Assembly: GCA_002378195.1 (NCBI GenBank)
Contig: DFRJ01000002.1
Location: 329,677-393,676, forward strand
DNA: 64,000 nucleotides
Direction of reading: 5' to 3'
From: Patescibacteria group bacterium UBA3466
GTDB lineage: Bacteria > Patescibacteriota > Minisyncoccia > Phycocordibacterales > UBA918
Positions 38,737-49,058 of this stretch are shown in pieces (the first letter of the stretch is position 1; each line of letters begins with the position of its first letter). The notes under the pieces are model-generated. The model was not told where the DNA came from. It made no database searches and worked only from the letters and a program-made list of their open reading frames with translations. Position numbers and translations under genes: made by a program.

Positions 38737-40707
38737 ATGAACGAAACAGAAAAAACAACAACGAATCAATCAACTGACCGACCGCGACGACATCGAAATA
38801 ACAATCGACGAAACGGTGGTCATGGAGGGAACCGCAATCAACCACGACGCGGCAACCAAGGTGGTGCACCTGGCCGCTCAAACGAGCGCTCAAATGGTAA
38901 GCCGCCAGCCAAACGCAATGGACGAAAGCGTCGCAATAATCAATTTCGACGACGATCAAACACGTCACCGGCTTTGGCGCACCGGTTAAACGTCACCGAC
39001 GACAAAATGCCGGTCATTCCAGAAATTACTGATGAAGACACAGTCCGAATTATTCCAGTTTCTGGAGTTGAAGAAATCGGGCGAAACATGAACATTATCG
39101 AAACCAAAGATGACATCATCGTGGTGGACGCTGGTTTCCAGTTTGTTAATGAAGAAAGTAATGCCCCAGGGATCAACTACATCCTACCGAACACGCAATA
39201 CCTAGAAGAGCGGAAGCATAAAATTCGCGCTCTTGTGGTAACTCATGGTCACTTGGACCACATCGGTGGTATTCCATTTATCATGGAGAGAATTGGCAAT
39301 CCACCAGTCTACACCCAATACCTCACTTCCCTAATGATCCTCAAACGACAGGAAGAATTCCCACACATGGATCCAATCGACATGCGAGTGATCAAAGAAG
39401 GAGAAAGCTTCACTGTTGGAAACACTAAGATCAAAACCTTCCGGGTAACTCACTCGATTCCTGACGCAATGGGTGTCTGTGTTGAAACCAAGCACGGAGA
39501 CGTTGTAGTAACCGGTGACATCAAGCTGGTCCATGAAGACGGAAAAGTGGTAGTGGAAGAACGAGGTCAATGGGAAAAGGTTGGCGAAAACAACAACCTG
39601 GCACTTCTGTGTGATTCCACCAACTCAGACCGAGCTGGATTCTCAGCTTCAGAAGCTAAGGTATTTGAAACCCTTGAGGAAATCATTAAAAAATCTACCG
39701 GTCGACTCATCGTTGGTACTTTCGCTTCACAATTCGATCGACTAATCAGTATTGTTAAAGTCTGCGAAGAAATGAACAAGAAGGTAGTAATGGAAGGTCG
39801 GAGTATCAAAACCAACATTGAGATTGCTCTACAAGCAAAGTTAATGGAAGCAAAGCCTGGTACTTTTATTAACGCCGGAGACATCAATGACTATCCTGCC
39901 GATAAGATCGTAATCCTATCGACTGGAGCCCAGGGTGAACAATTTGCCGCCTTGATGCGTATGGCGACAGATAAGCACAAATTTATCACCTTAAGCGAAC
40001 GAGACACTATTGTATTGTCCTCATCTGTGATCCCGGGTAATGAAATTGCCGTACAAAAACTAAAGGATAATATTTACCGTAAGAACGTTCGAGTGATCAA
40101 CTACCAAGGTTCGCACGTCCACTCATCTGGACATGGTAACGCCGGAGAATTGGTATGGGTACACCAGACTGTGAAGCCAAAATTCTTGATTCCGGTACAC
40201 GGTCATCACTATCACCTAAAGAGCCATCGTAACGCAGCCGTTGAGAACGGTTTCCCGAAGGAAAATGTGCCAGTGCCTGACAACGGTTCTATTATCGACA
40301 TCAAAAACGGTAGCGAGTTAACGGTTCAGCCAATGAAGATTCCTAATGAACTCATGATGGTTGATGGAACTACTGTCGGAACAAGACAAGAAGTAGTGCT
40401 ACGCGATCGAACAACCCTGTCTGAGGATGGAATGTTTGTTATTATCGCCACTGTTAATTCGAAGACTGGTAAACTACGAAAGTCGCCAGACATTATCTCA
40501 CGTGGATTTGTCTACCTAAGAGAAAACCAGCAACTACTCTCAGAGGCCAGAGTCTTGATCAAGAAGACCGTTGAGAAGCAGACTGAAAGAATGCATCCAC
40601 TAGACTTGGAAACAGTAAAGGATGAACTGACAGACGTAGTAACCAGTTTCCTACTCCAGAAAACACAAAAGAACCCAATGGTCATTCCTGTGCTAATTGG
40701 TATATAG
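38737..40707 (+). CDS. rnj: Ribonuclease J with R/N/G-rich N-terminal extension
   Basis: GVEEIGRNM, THGHLDHIG, HSIPD, HSSGH, PDIISRGFVY. Confidence 0.95.
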   Translation: MNETEKTTTNQSTDRPRRHRNNNRRNGGHGGNRNQPRRGNQGGAPGRSNERSNGKPPAKRNGRKRRNNQFRRRSNTSPALAHRLNVTDDKMPVIPEITDEDTVRIIPVSGVEEIGRNMNIIETKDDIIVVDAGFQFVNEESNAPGINYILPNTQYLEERKHKIRALVVTHGHLDHIGGIPFIMERIGNPPVYTQYLTSLMILKRQEEFPHMDPIDMRVIKEGESFTVGNTKIKTFRVTHSIPDAMGVCVETKHGDVVVTGDIKLVHEDGKVVVEERGQWEKVGENNNLALLCDSTNSDRAGFSASEAKVFETLEEIIKKSTGRLIVGTFASQFDRLISIVKVCEEMNKKVVMEGRSIKTNIEIALQAKLMEAKPGTFINAGDINDYPADKIVILSTGAQGEQFAALMRMATDKHKFITLSERDTIVLSSSVIPGNEIAVQKLKDNIYRKNVRVINYQGSHVHSSGHGNAGELVWVHQTVKPKFLIPVHGHHYHLKSHRNAAVENGFPKENVPVPDNGSIIDIKNGSELTVQPMKIPNELMMVDGTTVGTRQEVVLRDRTTLSEDGMFVIIATVNSKTGKLRKSPDIISRGFVYLRENQQLLSEARVLIKKTVEKQTERMHPLDLETVKDELTDVVTSFLLQKTQKNPMVIPVLIGI

Positions 40708-40722
40708 CCTTTAAAGGCGTTC

Positions 40723-40821
40723 GTAAATTCCATCATTCCTAATGGAATTTATCTAACAAAACTAGCCCTGGAGCTGGTTTTGTTAGATGTAAAGGCCGAA
40801 AGCTTCGCTTTCGGCCTTTAC
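40723..40821. terminator. Three tandem hairpins downstream of rnj
   Basis: TAAATTCCAT..ATGGAATTTA; ATCTAACAAAACTAGC..GCTGGTTTTGTTAGAT (40751-40788); GTAAAGGCCGAAAGC-TTC-GCTTTCGGCCTTTAC (40789-40821). Confidence 0.65.
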
Positions 40822-40876
40822 TTTTAATTATTAAATAGTACGATTCCCGCAGAAACCCTTTGCACAGGACGCAACA

Positions 40877-41257
40877 ATGTCAAACCCATACCCAGTTAAG
40901 CAGTTATCTTTTCGCGGAGACAATAACCAATCATTTGCCATTCTCAGAATCCGCCAGGTAGGACCACTATCGTGTCGCTGGCGCATTACTCTGAAAGAAC
41001 CAGGCGGTCGAGACCGACTAGAGATAAAGGAAACCATCAGTGACCCGTATGACGATGTGGACAATATCACGACGGTACATCTTGACCAGTCTCCCCCATC
41101 AACCAGATTTCGGTTTTTGCGTGAGCACACCAACAATCAGCTCATATTTGAGTTTGTGATCAAGCTTAAGAATTCACGTAATTCAGCTACCCAAGTCGCG
41201 GTATTAAACAGCTTTGTTCAGACATTCATGGATGACACTAGACAGAATCCTATGTAG
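40877..41257 (+). CDS. Hypothetical protein (ORFan)
   Basis: 126-aa ORF; AGGA SD; bracketed by palindromes at 40789 and 41271. Confidence 0.6.
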   Translation: MSNPYPVKQLSFRGDNNQSFAILRIRQVGPLSCRWRITLKEPGGRDRLEIKETISDPYDDVDNITTVHLDQSPPSTRFRFLREHTNNQLIFEFVIKLKNSRNSATQVAVLNSFVQTFMDDTRQNPM

Positions 41258-41270
41258 TCACAAGTTGTTC

Positions 41271-41303
41271 ATAGCCGGCAGAAACTTCGTTTCTGCCGGC
41301 TAT
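41271..41303. repeat. 15-bp palindrome with TTC/GAA triloop
   Basis: ATAGCCGGCAGAAAC-TTC-GTTTCTGCCGGCTAT; its end overlaps the TATAAT box of the MFS gene. Confidence 0.8.
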
Positions 41304-41316
41304 AATGTTTTTATAT

Positions 41317-42516
41317 ATGCCTACACCAGATCACAACATAAGCTTAAAGCGCAGCAAGCGTAGCAACATCATTCCGGTATACATTGCCACCTTACTACTA
41401 ATCTTTCACTCATTTGTCGTTGCCTATATCAACTCATCCTTCCTGGAGCAATTTATTGATACCTCCAGCGTCGGAACCATCTACACCATCGGTTCGGCAG
41501 TGAGTGTGATCATATTTCTCTTTGTCTCAAGAGTATTGCATAAAGTAGGTAATTATCGCTTATCGCTCATACTACTCATCCTCAACCTGCTCGCAGTCAC
41601 TGGCATGGCTTTTGCAGACAGTATGAGAGAGGCTGTGCCTTTATTCTTGATTCACCTGATATCTGTCCCGTTAATCATCTTCAATCTCGACGTATTTATG
41701 GAAGAACAGATTGGAAATAATGAAACAGTGACTGGCAGTCGGCGTGGTCTACTGCTCACGTTATCTAGCATTATTGGTGCTATTTCTCCTTTTTTAAGCA
41801 GTCTCATTATCGAAAGTTCTGGCGGTACCTTTACTAATGTGTACCTATTGAGTGCCGGTACTCTCATTCCGATTATTGCTATCTTGATTATATTTTTCAG
41901 CAATTTCAGCGACCCGACTTATGATGAAATTGATGTCTTTGCCGCCATCAAAACCTTCTGGGACAACATCAATATTCGCAATGTATTCCTAGCTAATTTC
42001 AGCCTGCAAATGTTCTTTATGCTCATGGTGGTATTTGCTCCACTCTATCTAACTAGAGACATCGGACTAACCTGGGCAGAGTTTGGAATCATTATGTTCT
42101 TCGCTCAAATGGCTTATGTCATCCTGGAATACCCTATTGGCATAGTGGCCGATAAATACATCGGCGAGAAAGAGATGATGGGCTTAGGTTTTTTAATTAT
42201 TGCCATATCAACGTCATGGATATCATTCACCGTCACCACTAGCGTCGTTGTGTGGTCTACCATCATGTTTATCACTAGGGTCGGAGCTAGTTTTGTTGAA
42301 GCCACTACTGAAAGCTACTTCTTTAAGCAAACAAAAAGTAGCGACGCTCAAGTCATCAGTTTCTTTAGAGTCACCAGGCCATTAGCTTATGTATTTGGTG
42401 CCATGATCGCCAGCTTCACCCTGCTCTATTTACCATTTAATCTACTCTTCGTAGTTGTCGCAGCCATGATGATACCGGCCATGTTCTTCACAATCGGCAT
42501 CAAGGACACCAAATAA
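41317..42516 (+). CDS. MFS transporter
   Basis: About 12 TM helices; GIVADKYIGEK motif-A-like loop. Confidence 0.88.
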   Translation: MPTPDHNISLKRSKRSNIIPVYIATLLLIFHSFVVAYINSSFLEQFIDTSSVGTIYTIGSAVSVIIFLFVSRVLHKVGNYRLSLILLILNLLAVTGMAFADSMREAVPLFLIHLISVPLIIFNLDVFMEEQIGNNETVTGSRRGLLLTLSSIIGAISPFLSSLIIESSGGTFTNVYLLSAGTLIPIIAILIIFFSNFSDPTYDEIDVFAAIKTFWDNINIRNVFLANFSLQMFFMLMVVFAPLYLTRDIGLTWAEFGIIMFFAQMAYVILEYPIGIVADKYIGEKEMMGLGFLIIAISTSWISFTVTTSVVVWSTIMFITRVGASFVEATTESYFFKQTKSSDAQVISFFRVTRPLAYVFGAMIASFTLLYLPFNLLFVVVAAMMIPAMFFTIGIKDTK

Positions 42517-42517
42517 G

Positions 42518-42742
42518 CTAGTCTATCTCGTAATCAACGCGCCTCTTAAAATCATCTTTAGGCATCACTATCCAACCAGCCAAATAAAGCAGAATGCCAG
42601 GGAACAAACCAGTCAGGAGCAAGAAGGCAATCGCCAGCACCCTAAAAAGCACCGGGTCCTGATTGTAGTATCTAGCCAGACCTGATAAAACACCAGCTAC
42701 CACCTTCTCCTCCTCATCTCTTTTTAATCGCTTTTTTTTCAT
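42518..42742 (-). CDS. pspC: PspC domain protein
   Basis: LKRDEEEKVVAGVLSGLARYYNQDPVLFRV..YLAGWIVMP. Confidence 0.88.
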   Translation of the reverse strand: MKKKRLKRDEEEKVVAGVLSGLARYYNQDPVLFRVLAIAFLLLTGLFPGILLYLAGWIVMPKDDFKRRVDYEID

Positions 42743-42743
42743 A

Positions 42744-43430
42744 TTACATGTGATAAACAACGTCTTTACGCTCAACCACAACCTTCCACCCCGACCGCTT
42801 TGCGTATTCGTATAGATGTTTATTTGGATTAAAACATATCTGCTCAGTCACAGATTCTAACAAAGGCACGTCACCTTCTGTATCGCCGACAGCGATCGAG
42901 TCGTCACGTGTTAGGTCTGGATTTCTATCAAAAACCCGTTTTACAATATTAGCCTTATTTTGAATCAGGTGCTCATCTAATACCTCACCGGTAAAACAGT
43001 CCTGTGGTCCAATCTCATAAATGCGACCGTAGACCTTATCAAAACCATACTGCTTACAAAACTCATCCAAAACTGTTTTAGGTGATTGTGATATAGCGAC
43101 CACGAAATAACCATCTTCTTTTAACTTCGAAATCAAATCTCTAGTATAGCGATAGACATACTTACTTTGCTGGTCGACAACTTCTTTACCGATATCAGCT
43201 AATGCACCGTAGTGTACCCCCTTAATATGCGCCAAAAATGTGTCGATAACTGCTTGAATATAAGTTTCATACTTTCCTTCCCGAGACCGCCAAGCTTGAC
43301 GCTCTACTTCAAACTGCTCAGCCGCCTCAGCAGGAAATACACCATCTGCTATCAAGCGATCTACTAGCTGAATCAATAAACTTGATCGGAACACAGTTCC
43401 GTCAATGTCAAAAAAGGCAACCTTTTTCAT
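42744..43430 (-). CDS. HAD-IB family hydrolase
   Basis: AFFDIDGT, ISQSP, K motif, AVGDTEGD, FNP. Confidence 0.9.
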   Translation of the reverse strand: MKKVAFFDIDGTVFRSSLLIQLVDRLIADGVFPAEAAEQFEVERQAWRSREGKYETYIQAVIDTFLAHIKGVHYGALADIGKEVVDQQSKYVYRYTRDLISKLKEDGYFVVAISQSPKTVLDEFCKQYGFDKVYGRIYEIGPQDCFTGEVLDEHLIQNKANIVKRVFDRNPDLTRDDSIAVGDTEGDVPLLESVTEQICFNPNKHLYEYAKRSGWKVVVERKDVVYHM

Positions 43431-43436
43431 AATTGA

Positions 43437-44570
43437 CTAACCAAGATGTTTACGTTTCTCAAGAATTAAGTTGGTGATTCCTCCAAGTGCCAAGATAAAC
43501 AAAATTAGTTTTACCACCCCACCTATGACAGGCAGGAAAGAGAGTACGGCATACCCGACAAAACCAATGATTATGGTAAGCAGGGTTGTAACACGACTAT
43601 TCTGACTAAAAGCTACTTGTAGTAATTTACCTAGCACAACCATCATTGCAATACCGCTCATAAACAACATGACGATATAACCGAACAACAAAACGAAGCC
43701 GAGCATAGAGCCAACAATACTCACAAACAAGAGAATGGCAGCGATCGGTAGCAGGATAAAAGTAGCAAAGCCGAGTAAAACTGGCTTTGGACTAGGCTGC
43801 AACGCACTGTTTATCAAAGCGTTTAGTGAACGCTTTGAAATTAGGAACCAAGCTAGGGCTGCAAACAAAATCATCAAGCTAGGAATAATCCATGACCAAG
43901 TAGAATCAACTGGTTCGACAAAAACAGGATCGGTTCTGACGGTCTCCCCGCCAACAGAGGCGTCGAAAGCTTGAATTAGCTCATTACTACTCTCATAGGT
44001 CACAGAACCAACGATCGCAGCTCTATCACCAAGAGTTAGCTGACCACTAGTGACGTCTACGTCCCCTTCTACCAACGCGTCAATTCGCAAATCACTGACA
44101 GTCCCAATCACGTCACCAGCCACTGGCGCCTCTACCGTGACATCACCTCCGTACACCAACAAATCTCCCGCAATTGAGGCTGTAGATAAAATATCCACTT
44201 CGCCCCCTACCACCATTACATCTCCCTCGACCGGCTCAGCAATAACCACCTCACCAGCCACAATCCTCAAATCGTCACCGATTATCCCGTGTGAATCTAC
44301 GCTACCGGCAATCAAAAAAGCGTGCGAACCTACTGAACCATTGATAACCACCTGCCCACCGGCAGCTACTAGATCTTCTTCCACCACTCCAGAAACACTG
44401 AGCGTCTCAGCCACTGAATAAAAATCTCCATTAATTACTTTCTCTTCGGCGATTGATACATTTTCCCCTGAGCGCACCACTGTATCAGCCCAAGCTGCTT
44501 GAGTTGCGGCAAAAAATACTAGGAGAGCAACAAGTACCGCCGTAAGATAATTGTTAGCTATTGCTTTCAT
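43437..44570 (-). CDS. Bactofilin-like (polymer-forming) beta-repeat membrane protein
   Basis: Repeated V.GD/GG.V.I units followed by about five TM helices. Confidence 0.8.
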   Translation of the reverse strand: MKAIANNYLTAVLVALLVFFAATQAAWADTVVRSGENVSIAEEKVINGDFYSVAETLSVSGVVEEDLVAAGGQVVINGSVGSHAFLIAGSVDSHGIIGDDLRIVAGEVVIAEPVEGDVMVVGGEVDILSTASIAGDLLVYGGDVTVEAPVAGDVIGTVSDLRIDALVEGDVDVTSGQLTLGDRAAIVGSVTYESSNELIQAFDASVGGETVRTDPVFVEPVDSTWSWIIPSLMILFAALAWFLISKRSLNALINSALQPSPKPVLLGFATFILLPIAAILLFVSIVGSMLGFVLLFGYIVMLFMSGIAMMVVLGKLLQVAFSQNSRVTTLLTIIIGFVGYAVLSFLPVIGGVVKLILFILALGGITNLILEKRKHLG

Positions 44571-45357
44571 TGTCTTTGATTATATCATCACTAATAACCT
44601 TTGCTTCCACATTCTTTTCTTCAGATATTTTAACTGCTACTTCCGCAATCACTTTGTTTTCTTCCTCTACTTTCTCGTTTTCTTTCTTTACTGTGGATTC
44701 GGCAATATTCTGCTTCTCAGACAGGTTCATCATCAAAAATATAATGATAGCCGTACCAATAATACCAATCATGTTTAAGGCAAAAATCATCAGTGCGCCC
44801 GACACAACACTTACATCAAAAGCCGCTATCCCCACACCAACAGTCGCCAGCGGTGGCACCAACGCTACAGCAATGGCCACTCCGGGCAGGGCGTCATTCC
44901 ACTCTGGTCGAGCCAACATGTACGCCACTGCACCTCCGGCAATGACTGCTACTAGGAGATGCAGTAAATCTGGCTCTGTGCGTGAAGTAACTTCGTAAGT
45001 CTCGTAAGCCAGATCCATGGCATAAATAGAAATAACAGACGCTAATACCGACAATCCAAGCGCCCACATTAGCGACTTGATCAAGGTCTGCAAAGCTCGC
45101 TGAAATAGTCCGATATGATTACCGGACATTACAAAGCCCATCGCTACTCCCAGAATTGGATACATTAAGGGTGCAATCAACATGCTACCGATAACAATAG
45201 AGCTATTGTTCATCAACAAACCAAAGGTGGCCATCAAGGTCGAGGCACCGATCAAAAAGAAATAATCAAAGTCTGGAGTTCCGTTTTCTACTAGCTTTCT
45301 AATCAAGGCGGCCTTATCTTTGTCAGGCAGTGCTCTAAGTCGGGCAAATACAGTCAT
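44554..45357 (-). CDS. DUF389/TIGR00341 family membrane protein
   Basis: IVIGSMLIAPLMYPI, SRTEP, LPGVAIAVALVPPL. Confidence 0.9.
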   Translation of the reverse strand: MTVFARLRALPDKDKAALIRKLVENGTPDFDYFFLIGASTLMATFGLLMNNSSIVIGSMLIAPLMYPILGVAMGFVMSGNHIGLFQRALQTLIKSLMWALGLSVLASVISIYAMDLAYETYEVTSRTEPDLLHLLVAVIAGGAVAYMLARPEWNDALPGVAIAVALVPPLATVGVGIAAFDVSVVSGALMIFALNMIGIIGTAIIIFLMMNLSEKQNIAESTVKKENEKVEEENKVIAEVAVKISEEKNVEAKVISDDIIKDNESNS

Positions 45358-45379
45358 GTTTATGTGATTACAGTGTAAG

Positions 45380-45475
45380 TTAGGTAATGTTATTTTGCAC
45401 TAATATAAAAGTGAGCACGGTAGCGATCAGCGCTCCTACCAATAGACCCAAACTGATAAGTAAAAATCTTTTCAT
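45380..45475 (-). CDS. 31-aa single-TM micropeptide (not in ORF track)
   Basis: MKRFLLISLGLLVGALIATVLTFILVQNNIT*, starting 1 nt after the upstream small ORF. Confidence 0.45.
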   Translation of the reverse strand: MKRFLLISLGLLVGALIATVLTFILVQNNIT

Positions 45476-45476
45476 C

Positions 45477-45650
45477 TTACTCAGCAATGTAAACTACCGG
45501 AGTTTGCAAAATACTAATAATGGTCAGAGCTAGCATGATCAAAAAAATCACACAACACAAAATCGCCAATCTCGGACGAGACAGCTCCATCTCACCAGTA
45601 TGCCAATTTCTGACAAACAAGAATGAAAAAGCGAATTTGATAAAACTCAT
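45477..45650 (-). CDS. 57-aa small membrane protein (not in ORF track)
   Basis: MSFIKFAFSFLFVRNWHTGEMELSRPRLAILCCVIFLIMLALTIISILQTPVVYIAE*. Confidence 0.6.
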   Translation of the reverse strand: MSFIKFAFSFLFVRNWHTGEMELSRPRLAILCCVIFLIMLALTIISILQTPVVYIAE

Positions 45651-45729
45651 AACTTACTATCTATATTCTATCAAAATAGATTGATAAAACTAAGTATTTT
45701 GTTCACTTTCAAAATTCAAATTGATCGAC

Positions 45730-46725
45730 TTATTCCGCAAACAGCTGCTGGCCTCTCTCCCACAATTCCTCGTGACCCTGCAGGTATAACCAGTACCACC
45801 ACTCCGCTCCCCATAAATATTGTTTTTCGAAGCGAGTTTGCTCAGCGTATAGGATAATATCTTCAAATTTATCTAGATTCATGCGAGTAAACTGCACCTC
45901 AATTGGCACATCAGTGACTGGCGCAATTAGCCACGGCTCAAGGGACAGCTCGACTAAAATAGATTCTTTTTGCCCATAAAAAGTCTTCCAAAAATTATCC
46001 TTCACTCGGTAAAACCAAGGTGGCAAAACTGTTCTAAATTGACCCAACTCCTGATTCCAAAAGTGCACATATACGCTAGTACCGAACATATCGCCCTTTT
46101 CATATGGTTTTTGCCAAGAACCGAGATTACCACTATCGGTCACCAATATCTTCCTAGTCTCATCCAACTCTCTAACCAAGGCTAATTCTTTATCAAAGAA
46201 ATCTTCATCGAGCTTTCCACAGTGCTCAAAGGCAAACAACTCCAAGTAAGGTTCATTTTCAATTTGCCACACGACAATCGCTGGACTGTGCTTGTATCTT
46301 TCGATTACCATCCTCATGTAATCAAGCTGTGATTTCTGCATTTCTTCTTTGGACATATTTTTAGTCCACTCTGGAATATGGCACTCCGGCCAGCGCGGCA
46401 ACCTTCGACCAACTGCAAAAATAATCTCTGCTCCCACCTCTTCGGCTCGTTTGATCTGATAGTCGAGTTCTTCAAAATTGTATATATTCGGCCTCGGTTC
46501 GACCATCGGCCAGTGTGCAGCCAAGCGCAAATGCCTCACACCCAAGTCATCCAAAATAGCGTCGTATGTCTGACGCCAATCCAAACCCAGCTCTCTGGCG
46601 TAAGGAGTATTAAACGACATACCATAGGTAATCTTCTCCGGCACCGGCTTCTGAGCCAGCATGACTAGTACAAAAATCAGTACTATTGCCAGGCCGGTAA
46701 AAATGTACATTAAATTTTTTAGCAT
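45730..46725 (-). CDS. Membrane-anchored clan GH-A glycoside hydrolase (GH42/GH5-like)
   Basis: LRLAAHWPMVEP, WQIENEP acid/base motif, ELSLEPW nucleophile region, LWGAEWWY. Confidence 0.8.
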   Translation of the reverse strand: MLKNLMYIFTGLAIVLIFVLVMLAQKPVPEKITYGMSFNTPYARELGLDWRQTYDAILDDLGVRHLRLAAHWPMVEPRPNIYNFEELDYQIKRAEEVGAEIIFAVGRRLPRWPECHIPEWTKNMSKEEMQKSQLDYMRMVIERYKHSPAIVVWQIENEPYLELFAFEHCGKLDEDFFDKELALVRELDETRKILVTDSGNLGSWQKPYEKGDMFGTSVYVHFWNQELGQFRTVLPPWFYRVKDNFWKTFYGQKESILVELSLEPWLIAPVTDVPIEVQFTRMNLDKFEDIILYAEQTRFEKQYLWGAEWWYWLYLQGHEELWERGQQLFAE

Positions 46726-46731
46726 ACAAAT

Positions 46732-47664
46732 CTAGGTAAACAACACCACAAAACCAGTAAGGATAACCACGATATATAGCATCTTGCGCAGAAAAACTTG
46801 TGGCCTCATATCGCGATCGACCGCCGATTCTGGCAACCAATGCGCAAACAATAAGCTGATCAACAAAATAAACACGTACTGCAAGCCACCTAATGCTTGC
46901 ACCACTGCCACATCACCCATATCTGTTGCCCTCAATAACATAAACGCGGCAACACCCGCCAACAACTTAACCAACAACACGATACCGCCGGTTTTAGCCG
47001 ATGTCTCTTTTGTCTGATTTCTGATTTTATCCAAGTAAGCTGGGACCAGTAAGAGAGATAGTGTAAACAACACAAAACCAACCCGAGACCAGAAAAAGCC
47101 ATCGTCAAAACTGGTTTCCAAAAATAAACCCTTCATGGTGATGTAATGCAGCGCGAAGAATAAACCACTATGCAACACCTGCAGCACCACTGTCGCTTTC
47201 GGTAATGTTTGAGCCACCAGCATCGTACCGACCGACAACAAGACCACTCCGATAATAAAATTATCACTCAGACTTTCACCCAAAAACACATAACTAAGAC
47301 CAAATGAAGACAGTGCTGAAATTGAACCGATAATAGGCATCGTGCTCGACGCATCAGCCCTCTTGAGCGCATCAAACATTGATACCAGTGCAATAAAAAA
47401 TGTGTAGGCTGCCAAAAAAGACATCGCCACCACCTGGATAGTAGGGACTTGTACATTAGACAAAGCTGGCAGGCCGACGTTAGTGAGTCCAGGGATAAAG
47501 CTAAATATATAAATCAACACCCAAAACCCCGTCACTAAACAGGAGTAAAAAGCATACACAAAAGGCTTGGGCAGCACATTGGTATCAGATACTATGTACT
47601 TATCAAAAATTGCCACAATTGCGTTCAGGAATTGTCCAACTGTCGCCAGTAAAAGCCAGGTCAT
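46732..47664 (-). CDS. EamA/DMT family transporter
   Basis: About 10 TM helices; DKY and FLGESLS EamA-type motifs. Confidence 0.8.
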   Translation of the reverse strand: MTWLLLATVGQFLNAIVAIFDKYIVSDTNVLPKPFVYAFYSCLVTGFWVLIYIFSFIPGLTNVGLPALSNVQVPTIQVVAMSFLAAYTFFIALVSMFDALKRADASSTMPIIGSISALSSFGLSYVFLGESLSDNFIIGVVLLSVGTMLVAQTLPKATVVLQVLHSGLFFALHYITMKGLFLETSFDDGFFWSRVGFVLFTLSLLLVPAYLDKIRNQTKETSAKTGGIVLLVKLLAGVAAFMLLRATDMGDVAVVQALGGLQYVFILLISLLFAHWLPESAVDRDMRPQVFLRKMLYIVVILTGFVVLFT

Positions 47665-47669
47665 TAGCT

Positions 47670-48893
47670 TTATTCTACTATGCCGTTATTCTCAATGATT
47701 TCCTTATACACGTACGCGGACGGTCTGATTTTTCTGTCTAGCGTTTCGTAATCTATTTCGATCAAACCAAATTTCTTCTCAAACCCTAGTGCCCACTCGT
47801 AGTTATCCATCAAAGACCAGTACAAATGGCCACGCACATCCACACCGTCTTCTATGGCCTGCCAAGTTGCCTCAATCTGCCTGACAATATACTCGGCTCT
47901 ATCCGAGTCGTCATGATCAGCCAAACCAGCCTCAGACACAAACAGAGGTTTATTGTACTTGGATAGCATTTTTAGCGCAGCATATATTTTGTCTGGAGCA
48001 AAGTTCCAATCCATATCAGTTTTTTTCCACTCACGCTTATCACCAAACTGGGTATAGAAATAATAATTCAAACCGACCGAATCACAGTGACCCTGCACTC
48101 GCTTCATAAATTTACCAGTCCATACGTAGTTGGCTACAAATGCTTTAATTTTATTGAACGGATTCCAGTTGGCATCAAATACGATGACGTGTTTTACCAC
48201 ACTTACCTCAACTGCTGAATTTACTTGCTTGATTGCTGAATATGCTTGGTTGTGCGCTGCAGCCAAATTCTTCATTACCCTAAAATAGGTAAATAGAGGC
48301 TTGATTCCTTTGGAGGATTTCGGTTCATATATTTTGCCGGAGTTGGTAATTGAAACCATATCTGTCACTGCAAAGCGCTTAAAGGGCGGCCAGGTACCGC
48401 GCAACCAGCCATTGCTACCAAATACATTGGGTTCATTCATGGTAGAGAAATGACTACACAAATCTCCAAGGTTCTGCACTACGAAACTGGCGTAACGAGC
48501 AAATACTTCTGGTGCGTCGCTACGCTCAAAACCACCAGACTGGTAAAACCAATCAGGCAATGTAAAGTGCCACAATGTCACAAATGGAGTCAGCCCTCTG
48601 TCGTTGAGTGCTTTTAGGACCGCGCGGTAGTGAGTGATGGCGTCCTCATTAAATTTTCCTTCTTCTGGCTCAATTCGAGCCCACTCCACGGAAAAACGAT
48701 GGGCTGTGTGCCCAAGCTCTTTAGCCAGATCAAAATCAGTCTGGAAACGATTAAAATGATCGCAAGCACGCCCGCATAAGGGCACTCGGCCTTCCTCAGC
48801 GGCAATAGCCCAGTCGCAATTATCAATTCCTCCTTCTACTTGGTATGAAGCTGTAGCTGCACCCCAATAAAACCCCTCCGGAAATTTTTTCAT
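47670..48893 (-). CDS. Glycoside hydrolase family 1 (beta-glucosidase)
   Basis: FPEGFYWGAATASYQVEG, RFSVEWARIEP, TLWHF, TMNEP, VSEAG, WSLMDNYEW. Confidence 0.93.
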   Translation of the reverse strand: MKKFPEGFYWGAATASYQVEGGIDNCDWAIAAEEGRVPLCGRACDHFNRFQTDFDLAKELGHTAHRFSVEWARIEPEEGKFNEDAITHYRAVLKALNDRGLTPFVTLWHFTLPDWFYQSGGFERSDAPEVFARYASFVVQNLGDLCSHFSTMNEPNVFGSNGWLRGTWPPFKRFAVTDMVSITNSGKIYEPKSSKGIKPLFTYFRVMKNLAAAHNQAYSAIKQVNSAVEVSVVKHVIVFDANWNPFNKIKAFVANYVWTGKFMKRVQGHCDSVGLNYYFYTQFGDKREWKKTDMDWNFAPDKIYAALKMLSKYNKPLFVSEAGLADHDDSDRAEYIVRQIEATWQAIEDGVDVRGHLYWSLMDNYEWALGFEKKFGLIEIDYETLDRKIRPSAYVYKEIIENNGIVE

Positions 48894-49058
48894 ATCAATA
48901 CAAGTCAAGAATTATGCTGCTAACAGATTTCCCCTCTTACCGAGGCTGTACACCGTGTCGTTATTTCTTCTCGTGAACTCGAGAAATAACTGGCACGGTC
49001 TTGCGAAGGTCTCCCAGACCTTCTCACCCCAATAAAACCCCTCCGGAAATTTTTTCAT
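48860..49058 (-). mobile_element. Small insertion remnant: 34-bp direct repeat of the GH1 start (48860..48893 = 49025..49058) around a 131-bp structured spacer
   Basis: Exact repeat of ATGAAAAAATTTCCGGAGGGGTTTTATTGGGGTG; the spacer holds three hairpins. Confidence 0.65.

Noticed and set aside
48894-49024. Group I/II intron or hammerhead ribozyme in the GH1 insertion
   Set aside because: Too short, and no domain V, P7 or CUGAUGA/GAAA core was recognised.
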